A DNA stretch of 21,841 nt from Candidatus Saganbacteria bacterium. GTDB taxonomy: Bacteria; Margulisbacteria; WOR-1; JAKLHX01. The notes beneath the pieces are model-generated. The model worked only from the letters and a program-made list of their open reading frames with translations. It was not told where the DNA came from and ran no database searches. A program made the position numbers and the translations under genes. The stretch covers positions 1 through 21,841 of the forward strand of contig JAPLKZ010000001.1 of the NCBI GenBank assembly GCA_026387835.1. The letters run 5' to 3'. Shown here piece after piece: positions 15,301 through 21,841 of the stretch. Every line of letters begins with the position of its first letter. Positions within the stretch are counted from its first letter, which is position 1.

Positions 15301-16676
15301 TTCAAGGAGGGCATGTCATACGACTTACAATTGGTCTTGTTGGTATGTATGTATCACGAGAAGATCGATCCAGATTGTTGGACATGATGCTCCAGATGGT
15401 AGACTCGACCATAGAATTGCATAGTAAGTCAGAAGTTCATCCAACAGTTCAGCACCGGTGGAATGAAATATTAGAGGGTATATATAAGATAATTCATGCA
15501 ATGGCTCCGGAAATATACTATGAACTGGAGCATTTGCTGGAATCACATCTGAACGAAACCAATACCGATGGTGTGAGATTTTTCTATTATGGACAACTCA
15601 TGCTGTTAGCTTTACTAGATGGTCGTCCTGTTGATGCAGAATCCTATATGCAAGAATTACTAAAGCTACATCCATATGCAGGAAGCTTTGCCCAACGAAT
15701 ATCAAAAAAATTATTATATGATATCGAATTAATGAACGCGCTGTCAGAACAGCGAATGTCAATAACTACAAATTTGCTTAGATCTTCTGAGAAATTCGAT
15801 GATTTTGAGAAAGCCCTGGATGCCATGAGCTGGGTGTTGACAAAAGACGAAATCTCTGCCGCTATAGATTGGACTCACCTGAATTATACCGTCTTGAATG
15901 AGCTTCAGAAGCAACGCCGATTGCTTCTCATATATTCTGAAAGAAGCGATATACTGCGAGATGTGGAGTATATCTATGATTGTTATGATTATAGAAGCAA
16001 ACTTCAATCGCTGGCAGACCAAGTTCAGCAGACAGCTGCTAACGCTCTGCAAGAGGAAGGGATAACCCAATTATTTCTCGAACAGATGGAACCGTTGGAA
16101 ATTGGCTTACTTGAGTTAATGGATCAATTCAAGCAAGATCCTACAACTGCTGGTTGGGAATGGGTGGATCCCACAGGATATTGCCGCTATAAATCAGACG
16201 AAGAAGGTTACTTGCAGATTGACGTTCCGCCAGGACATGAATTGAGTGAAGGATTTTATATGCGTAATGCCCCCCTTATGTTACGGACTATTTCAGGTGA
16301 CTTTATCCTTGAGACGAAGATTGCTGACGGTTCCACCGGTATAAAGCGTGGCGGATTGCTCCTATGGAATTCAGAGACTAACTTTGCTCGTTTTGGGGTT
16401 GATTTTGATTATATATCTTATAAAGCAACTGCAAATGGAAAATTCATCAGTCCCGGAGTGCATCCATTTAAGGCAGAAAGAGTCTGGCTTAGGTTAGAAC
16501 GCAAGGGATCTCGTTTCACTGGGTATGTGAGTAATGATGGTAAATATTGGTATCGCTGTGGGTGGGCTGATATCACCATGAACGATTCTATCAAAGTGGG
16601 TATCTACGCTTCTTGTTTTTATCCACCGGCGACATCAACAAGATTTGAATATTTCAAGATATATAGACCCAAGTAA
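12351..16676 (+). CDS. paralog 3: double zinc ribbon - class III cyclase (type b) - STAND/AAA NTPase - TPR-like repeats - extra helical module - ConA-like C-terminal domain
   Basis: SD agaggtga 12337-12344; 28-nt gap. Cyclase about 12630-13140 (ALFADISGFT, SGFRGDGLLALFGAP, INTAMMTVGEIQ, YGTDINLAKRLQ). Walker A GEAGIGKS 13284-13307. MLILEDLHWADELSLDL and GNPFFIEEVIRSLME are present. C-terminal domain about 16150-16673 (WEWVDPTG, ISGDFILETKI, GGLLLW, VWLRLERKGSRFTGYVSNDGKYW). Confidence 0.9.
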   Translation: MRCPKCRHENRDEAKFCEECGEKLQHKCPNCGAELRPNAKFCDECGTKVSEQSSAKTTAIPKLEDMHAQLQSLIPDALAQKYLSATQQAIGENRPITALFADISGFTPLSASQSSESVFQLVQECFKQLVSIVASYEGSISGFRGDGLLALFGAPILHENDAERAILAAIDMRKMMEDRQLGISIGINTAMMTVGEIQTQLHSEYTAYGTDINLAKRLQEAAMAGQILVGSGTHRLTRRAFDFQEIPSLELKGFSQPVTAYVLQHIKSHPEKLRGIEGLRARMVGRDKEYEELIDVTEEWIAGKGQIISIVGEAGIGKSRLVSELKGHLETDSSHAHLYLEGRCISIGQPISYWPFLDILRSWFSLSEEDTEAEMANKVRQQIESFMPDRTDDILPFLGQLMNLQFGGEIDTRLTHYSPEQVKQGIMMRLRDIFEALSQRNNLMLILEDLHWADELSLDLISLLMDELMAHPLMLVCVYRPEQGHNVSRLSSIARRKCLERYTEIALKPLPDPEGRRLVHELLAIDDLPDSVRDMILAKSEGNPFFIEEVIRSLMEQGLVYKDDDSWVAKADVIEVQVPDTIQSVILERVDRLESEAKYVLQCASVIGRLFKYRLLDHITQKQKELDGYLDEFEERYLVYPERTVPEMEYAFKHVLTQEATYQGILEQRKQAFHRNVALGIERLYKERIEDFYEELVYHWERSKDREKTLEYLVKAGKKSAKHYLNQVAIDYYTLAIKMANEVGILEDRLAEIYEARGWVYNDMGFYEESISDMMKAADFYANKSKRANMYRQIARNYWARITDIEQGSQYFYKAIEEIDPSDKSRETAGIYEDAGAFFIYMGGDTKEGERLLRKAIAISEEMGYNDLLAMHYRWLYILNWSSDEEEFRKQRQFAREKAISYLPYLKPNLSQYAEVCGQLGWGFHFDDRFLIEAFESAVKSENNWSVVAFGSMLAIIYCGQGKIQKAIEVYEQGWRSAVLSRQLQGGHVIRLTIGLVGMYVSREDRSRLLDMMLQMVDSTIELHSKSEVHPTVQHRWNEILEGIYKIIHAMAPEIYYELEHLLESHLNETNTDGVRFFYYGQLMLLALLDGRPVDAESYMQELLKLHPYAGSFAQRISKKLLYDIELMNALSEQRMSITTNLLRSSEKFDDFEKALDAMSWVLTKDEISAAIDWTHLNYTVLNELQKQRRLLLIYSERSDILRDVEYIYDCYDYRSKLQSLADQVQQTAANALQEEGITQLFLEQMEPLEIGLLELMDQFKQDPTTAGWEWVDPTGYCRYKSDEEGYLQIDVPPGHELSEGFYMRNAPLMLRTISGDFILETKIADGSTGIKRGGLLLWNSETNFARFGVDFDYISYKATANGKFISPGVHPFKAERVWLRLERKGSRFTGYVSNDGKYWYRCGWADITMNDSIKVGIYASCFYPPATSTRFEYFKIYRPK

Positions 16677-16690
16677 TCTGGAGTATTGAT

Positions 16691-19600
16691 ATGAAATGTC
16701 TTAAATGCAAGCAAGATAATCCGTCAGAAGCTCTGTTCTGTATGAAGTGCGGGACAAAGCTTGAGCGAAAGTGTCCCAACTGTGGAGCAGAATATCCAGA
16801 AGAAGCTGCATTCTGCATGAAATGTGGAAAAAAACTAAAGGAAGCACCAGAATCGGCAATCCCCAAGCTAGAAGACATGCAAGATAAACTCTACATCCCA
16901 GAACCACTCAGGCAGAGGATGGATACTGCCAAACAAGAGTTACAGGGAGAAAACCGTCTTGTCACAGCGTTATTCGCAGATATATCAGGATTCACTCCTC
17001 TATCCAACCAACACTCTCCTGAGAATGTGGTAAACATAGTGAACGACTGCTTCAAGGTCATAGTTGATACTATATTCAGATACGAAGGCAATCCTAATCG
17101 GTTCATAGGCGACAACGTCCTAGCATTCTTCGGTGCGCCAATAACACATGAGAACGATCCAGAACGTGCTATTATGTCAGCACTGGAAATGCGTGATAAA
17201 GTCAGAGAACTATCACTTAATATATCAGTTGGCATTAATACTGGAATGATGTATTTCGGACCCATCGGCACTAAGGAGCATCTGGAAGTCAGCGCATACG
17301 GACCAGACATCAATCTTGCCAAGAGATTGCAGGAGATAGCAAATCCCGGTCAGATACTGGTAGGTTCTGGGACATACAGGCTTACCAAGAGAGCATTCGA
17401 CTTCCAACAGACACCATCACTTAACCTGAAAGGCATAGATAAACCCGTGACTGCTTATGAGGCAGCAAAGATAAAAGAGCATCCAGAGAAGCTCAGAGGC
17501 ATAGAGGGCTTACAGTCACGCATGATCGGCAGGGAACATGAATTTACCGAGTTGAGAGACACAGTGGATATGTGGCTATCCGGTCAAGGACAAATGGTCA
17601 GTATAATAGGTGAAGCGGGTATAGGCAAGTCAAGGTTAGTCAAAGAGATAAAGGGGTTTATCAACGATAAGCCATGTCTATGGCTAGAAGGACGTTGTAT
17701 ATCCATAGGACAGCCCATAAGCTATTGGCCATTTATTGATATGTTCAGAACGCTATTCGATCTGAAGGAGGATGATAACGAGAAGGATATTGCTAGGAAG
17801 TTAAAGGATAATATAACAGAGCTATTCCCTAATAGAGCAGATGATATATTGCCATTCATAGGACACCTTATGTCCATCCAGTTCGGAGATGAGCTAGACA
17901 GCAAGCTTGATGGATATGGTTCAGAGCAGATCAGGTATCAGACTATGGTGAGACTGAGGGACATATTCGCAACCATAGCAAGAAGCAAGCCTTTATTACT
18001 CATACTGGAGGACTTGCACTGGAGTGATGAGTTATCCCTTGACCTAATAGCGATGCTGATGGATGAGCTTGTTACCAGTCAGATGCTTCTGTTGTGTGTT
18101 TACAGACCGGAGCAGGATCATAAGTGCTGGAAACTCAGTGGGATGGCACAGCGTAAGTGCTTTGAGAGCTATACTGAGTTACAGTTGAAGAAGCTCAACA
18201 GGACACAGAGCTATGAGATGGTTCACTCACTTCTTGCCATAGATGCCCTTCCAGATAGTGTCAGGGATATGATCCTTGTCAAGTCAGAGGGTAATCCATT
18301 CTTCATAGAGGAAGTGATACGTTCACTCATGGAGAGGGAATTGGTGTATAAAGATGGTGATAGATGGACAGCGAAGTCAGGCATAGAACATATAGACGTT
18401 CCCGACACAATACATGGGGTGATAATGGAGCGAATTGACAGGTTAGAGACAGAGACGAAGTATGTCCTACAATGTGCCTCTGTCATCGGCAGATTATTCA
18501 GATACAGGCTTCTTGATCACTTAATGAGCCATGAGCGTAAACTGGATGATTATCTCGATGAGCTAGAGGGTAGGGAGTTAGTGTTAGAGGAGCGTGCTAT
18601 GCCAGAGCTAGAATACACGTTCAAGCACGTACTGACACAGGAAGCGACCTACCAGACCATCCTAGAGCAAAGGAGAAGGCAGTTCCACAGACAGGTTGCA
18701 GAAGGCATAGAACGATTGTATCAGGATCGGATAGAGGAATTCTATGAGGAGCTTGCTTATCACTGGGAGCGAAGCAGGGATCAGGAAAAGACGTTAGAAT
18801 ATCTTATAAAGTCTGGGGAGAAAGCCACAAAAAACTACCTAAATGACATTGCTATTGACTATTATACACGGGCAATTCAGTTGGCGGAGGAACTAAGGAT
18901 TACCGGTGACAGGCTTGCAGAAATATACGAAAGGCGTGGAGGTGTATACCAATCCATCGGTTTTCTGGAGGAATGTGTCTCCGATACCACTGAGGCTGCG
19001 GATCTTTACACACAGAGAACTAGGCGTGCCAGCATGTATGCGCGGATTTCCCGTCTTTATTATGGAACTATATGTCAAGGGCAGGCAACAGATGAAGGTC
19101 TAATCTATTCTCGTAAAGCCATTGAGGAGATTGACCCGACAGATAGATCACGAGAAGCTATTATGACGTATCTACGTGCAGGCTGGGTCCGTAGTCTGGA
19201 AGAATGGGAGCCCATTCTGAATAAAGCCATAGCTATTTCAGAGGAGGAGGGATATAGAGATCTCCTTGCCCACCTACATGCGCTTCTATACTATCTACGC
19301 CTGGGAGTGGGTGGACTAGAAGAGCAAGCTAGGCTTGAGCGGGAAAAGGCTCTCTATTATCTACCGCACCTCAAGCATGACTTAACTGAATACGCAGCAG
19401 CTTGTAGTTTATTGGCGTTTTGGGGGAGTGAGAATGAGCGAATTAGCCTTGCAAGGGAAGCTATGGAAGCCGCGGCTAAATCCGGGAAGAGCTGGTCAAC
19501 TGTGGTATCGGCAGATCAACTGGGCACATATTATCTCCGCCAGGGAGAGACTCAAAGAGCCATAGAGATATTTGAGGAAGGATGGCAGGCTGGCGTCCGA

Positions 19601-21001
19601 AGCAGACAGCTTCACTGGACTATGATCGGAGTTACTCGCAACCTTATGCACCTGTATGTCTCCATCGGGCAGTCTTCAAAGGTTCACGAAATGATGCTCC
19701 AGATGGTGGATTCCACGTTTGTAATGCACGGCAAGTCCATAGTTTACTCTATAATGCGACAAAGATGGAATAACCTGGTGGAAGAGACCTATGAATTCCT
19801 GTACACTATTGCTCCGGAGGTATACTACCAACTGAAACAGTCACTGGAATCCTGCTTGAGCGAAGCTGATACTGATAGTGTGCGGTTCTTCTACATGGTA
19901 CAGGTCATACTGCTGGCTTTACTGGGTGGTCGCCAGGAGGACGCAGAGGTACTAGCACAGGAGCTAATGGAATTGCGACCTCGGGCAGGAAACTTTGCAA
20001 AGAGGGTTTCTCAGAGGGTCGAATATGCCGCTGAATTGTTGAATTCTCAAAAGGACCAAAGACCGATGATAGCAAGAAAACTCTTGAGTTCACTTGATTC
20101 TTTCGAGAATCTACATGAAGCCCTGACTGCTCTGTCCTGGGTGCTTCCAAAGGGCATAATTGCGCAGGCAGTAGACTGGAACCATGCGCAGCGGCTGGCA
20201 CTGGATTACATCAAGGGGCATATTAAGCATATACTGGATATGGTCTCACCAGTATGGATACAGGTAGGGCGTATTTTCAGACGATATGACCGTGAAGATG
20301 ACCTGCGTTGGATACTGGATCAGATACAGCAAACCGAACCAGATGGTATGAGGAAATATGATCTCACTCAGTTGCTGCTGGAACCAGTGGAATTAAAAGA
20401 ATCAGGTTTTCCTGAGTTGTTAGAGCAATTCACTCAGGACCCAGTATCTGCTGGTTGGGAATGGGTGAATCCTGTGAAAACCAACAGTTACTCGACGGAG
20501 AAGGATGGTTTGCAGATTACTGCCCTTCCATACCCTCATTCTAGTTATCTTGAGGATCATGATTTTCCACGGATGTTGAGATACATTTCTGGCGATTTCA
20601 TAGCTGAAACGAAGATTTTTGACGGGGATAACGGAAAGAAGTCCGGCGGCCTGCTTGTGTGGAAGAATGAGGTTAAATGCATCCGTCTTGAGGTACCGTC
20701 CAATGATTTGGAGGAAGATATAGTCTGTTATTGGGCAAGTTCCGCAGGAAAACCTATAGACGCGGGCACACATCCCTTTGAGGCAAAAGAAGCCTGGCTG
20801 CGGTTAGAGCGAAAGGGAGATCGATTTGTCGGATATGTGAGTTCCGATGGGGAAAATTGGTATCGCTGTGGTCAAGTGGACGTCCCAATGAAAGACCCTA
20901 TCCAATTGGGGATTCTCGCCTGCTGCCCCCGAGGGCCGACGACTTCGACGCGTTTTGAGTATTTCAAGATATATAGACCTGATAAACAGACCGATTCATA
21001 A
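16691..21001 (+). CDS. paralog 4: double zinc ribbon - class III cyclase (type a) - STAND/AAA NTPase - TPR-like repeats - extra helical module - ConA-like C-terminal domain
   Basis: SD tggag; 14-nt gap. Cyclase motifs ALFADISGFT, NRFIGDNVLAFFGAP, INTGMMYFGPIG, YGPDINLAKRLQ. Walker A GEAGIGKS 17609-17632. LLILEDLHWSDELSLDL and GNPFFIEEVIRSLME are present. C-terminal domain about 20452-20985 (WEWVNP, ISGDFIAETKI, GGLLVW, AWLRLERKGDRFVGYVSSDGENW). Confidence 0.9.
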   Translation: MKCLKCKQDNPSEALFCMKCGTKLERKCPNCGAEYPEEAAFCMKCGKKLKEAPESAIPKLEDMQDKLYIPEPLRQRMDTAKQELQGENRLVTALFADISGFTPLSNQHSPENVVNIVNDCFKVIVDTIFRYEGNPNRFIGDNVLAFFGAPITHENDPERAIMSALEMRDKVRELSLNISVGINTGMMYFGPIGTKEHLEVSAYGPDINLAKRLQEIANPGQILVGSGTYRLTKRAFDFQQTPSLNLKGIDKPVTAYEAAKIKEHPEKLRGIEGLQSRMIGREHEFTELRDTVDMWLSGQGQMVSIIGEAGIGKSRLVKEIKGFINDKPCLWLEGRCISIGQPISYWPFIDMFRTLFDLKEDDNEKDIARKLKDNITELFPNRADDILPFIGHLMSIQFGDELDSKLDGYGSEQIRYQTMVRLRDIFATIARSKPLLLILEDLHWSDELSLDLIAMLMDELVTSQMLLLCVYRPEQDHKCWKLSGMAQRKCFESYTELQLKKLNRTQSYEMVHSLLAIDALPDSVRDMILVKSEGNPFFIEEVIRSLMERELVYKDGDRWTAKSGIEHIDVPDTIHGVIMERIDRLETETKYVLQCASVIGRLFRYRLLDHLMSHERKLDDYLDELEGRELVLEERAMPELEYTFKHVLTQEATYQTILEQRRRQFHRQVAEGIERLYQDRIEEFYEELAYHWERSRDQEKTLEYLIKSGEKATKNYLNDIAIDYYTRAIQLAEELRITGDRLAEIYERRGGVYQSIGFLEECVSDTTEAADLYTQRTRRASMYARISRLYYGTICQGQATDEGLIYSRKAIEEIDPTDRSREAIMTYLRAGWVRSLEEWEPILNKAIAISEEEGYRDLLAHLHALLYYLRLGVGGLEEQARLEREKALYYLPHLKHDLTEYAAACSLLAFWGSENERISLAREAMEAAAKSGKSWSTVVSADQLGTYYLRQGETQRAIEIFEEGWQAGVRSRQLHWTMIGVTRNLMHLYVSIGQSSKVHEMMLQMVDSTFVMHGKSIVYSIMRQRWNNLVEETYEFLYTIAPEVYYQLKQSLESCLSEADTDSVRFFYMVQVILLALLGGRQEDAEVLAQELMELRPRAGNFAKRVSQRVEYAAELLNSQKDQRPMIARKLLSSLDSFENLHEALTALSWVLPKGIIAQAVDWNHAQRLALDYIKGHIKHILDMVSPVWIQVGRIFRRYDREDDLRWILDQIQQTEPDGMRKYDLTQLLLEPVELKESGFPELLEQFTQDPVSAGWEWVNPVKTNSYSTEKDGLQITALPYPHSSYLEDHDFPRMLRYISGDFIAETKIFDGDNGKKSGGLLVWKNEVKCIRLEVPSNDLEEDIVCYWASSAGKPIDAGTHPFEAKEAWLRLERKGDRFVGYVSSDGENWYRCGQVDVPMKDPIQLGILACCPRGPTTSTRFEYFKIYRPDKQTDS

Positions 21002-21018
21002 TATAGAGGATATGGTTT

Positions 21019-21841
21019 ATGCAATGTCCCAAATGCAAATATGAGAATAGAAAAGGTAGAAAATTCTGCTCTGAATGTGGAACTGAACTTGGTTGGGTAT
21101 GTCAGCACTGTGGTTTTGAAAACGAACCGAACGAAAAATTCTGCGGCGGATGTGGTAAACCTTCTGATACAAAACCCTCTACGGAAACTGTAGAAACGAA
21201 CATCCCGACGTTAGAGAAAATTCATTCAGAATCTAAGAACTGGATACCCGACGCCCTTGCACAGAAATATCTGTCAGCAGAACAACAATATACTGGAGAG
21301 AATAGACCTATCACAGCATTGTTTGCTGATATATCAGGATTCACTCCGCTATCCGCTACCAAGTCGTCTGAGACGATATTCCAAATGGTGCAGGATTGCT
21401 TTAAGCAATTGGTCAGTATCGTTGCTAAATATGAAGGTAGCATAAGCGGATTTAGAGGCGATGGACTGTTAGCACTATTTGGTGCCCCAATACTCCACGA
21501 GAACGATGCTGAACGTGCTATCCTGTCAGCAATTGATATGCGTAATGTCATGCAGGATTATCAATTGCAGGTATCTATAGGTATCAATACAGCAATGATG
21601 ACCGTTGGAGAGATACAGACACAATTGCATAATGAATACACAGCCTATGGAACAGATATTAACCTAGCAAAGAGATTACAGGAATCAGCGGGAGCTGGAC
21701 AGATACTCGTAGGTAGTGGAACACACCGTCTTACACGCCGGGCATTTGATTTTGATATAATTCAAAACCTTACAGTGAAGGGATTTGCTCAATCTGTCAC
21801 AGCCTATTCCGTTAAGCAAGTGAAGGCGCATCCTGAGAAGC
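21019..21841 (+). CDS. paralog 5 (5' part only, runs off the window): double zinc ribbon - class III cyclase (type b)
   Basis: Absent from the ORF track because no stop is reached. ATG 21019 with SD agagga 21005-21010; 17-nt gap. My translation: MQCPKCKYENRKGRKFCSECGTELGWVCQHCGFENEPNEKFCGGCG...IPDALAQKYLSAEQQYTGENRPITALFADISGFTPLSA...SGFRGDGLLALFGAPILHENDAERAILSAIDMR...INTAMMTVGEIQTQLHNEYTAYGTDINLAKRLQ...KAHPEK. The frame is open to base 21841. Confidence 0.85.
   Translation, partial: MQCPKCKYENRKGRKFCSECGTELGWVCQHCGFENEPNEKFCGGCGKPSDTKPSTETVETNIPTLEKIHSESKNWIPDALAQKYLSAEQQYTGENRPITALFADISGFTPLSATKSSETIFQMVQDCFKQLVSIVAKYEGSISGFRGDGLLALFGAPILHENDAERAILSAIDMRNVMQDYQLQVSIGINTAMMTVGEIQTQLHNEYTAYGTDINLAKRLQESAGAGQILVGSGTHRLTRRAFDFDIIQNLTVKGFAQSVTAYSVKQVKAHPEK

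Noticed and set aside
261-19773. Plus-strand alternative-frame ORFs (261-527, 14845-15144, 15190-15387, 18906-19103, 19582-19773, 21257-21445)
   Set aside because: They overlap well-supported genes in other frames and have no motifs or ribosome-binding sites.
4635-21551. Numerous 60-143 aa minus-strand ORFs (for example 5661-5999, 13700-14035, 16891-17322, 20420-20773, 21222-21551)
   Set aside because: All are fully embedded antisense to the long, motif-rich plus-strand genes. They have low-complexity Ser/Ile/Leu-rich translations, no SD and no recognisable motifs, so they look like typical shadow ORFs.
4480-21841. Assigning the array to a named cyclic-nucleotide defence system (CBASS, Pycsar, type III CRISPR)
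   Set aside because: There is no CD-NTase/cGAS-like fold, no separate cNMP-binding effector gene and no cas genes in the window. The cyclase is fused to a STAND NTPase, which is not the architecture of those systems. Only a generic analogy is justified.
1-21841. CRISPR arrays, tRNA/rRNA genes, IS elements with terminal inverted repeats
   Set aside because: By eye I noticed no regularly spaced direct repeats, no cloverleaf-like segments in the few non-coding stretches (745-1380, 3126-3226, 4208-4479) and no transposase motifs. This is a visual scan, not a computed search.

Overview
The window has two parts and looks bacterial: Shine-Dalgarno sites, a near-consensus sigma70-type promoter, an intrinsic terminator and a dnaN homologue. 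Left part (1-4300): a decayed accessory or mobile-looking patch. It holds the tail of an unknown ORF, a small SWIM zinc-finger gene and a DUF2997-like gene. A degenerate group II intron follows, with 5' ribozyme-like RNA and two different, partly redundant RT/maturase fragments; I could not find domain V/VI. The intron remnant abuts a DNA polymerase III beta-clamp gene (dnaN) that has lost its first ~25 codons and its start. Right part (4368 to the window end, more than 17 kb): one strong promoter followed by at least five co-directional, tightly spaced giant paralogs (about 1290-1440 aa; the fifth runs off the window). All share one architecture: an N-terminal double zinc ribbon, a class III nucleotidyl cyclase domain, a STAND/AAA NTPase (GEAGxGK[ST], hhhhEDLHWAD, GNPFF[IV]EEVIRSL), and TPR-like helical repeats. 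The four complete genes end in a ConA-like/DUF1349-like beta-sandwich. The paralogs are old, with many synonymous differences over identical peptides. They are modularly reshuffled: two zinc-ribbon types and two cyclase types occur in all four combinations. Their cyclase substrate-selecting positions are non-canonical. I consider this array the most interesting object. It is a candidate NLR-like multi-sensor array with a cyclic-nucleotide output, but its function is inference only. No CRISPR array, tRNA or rRNA was seen, and the minus-strand ORFs all look spurious.
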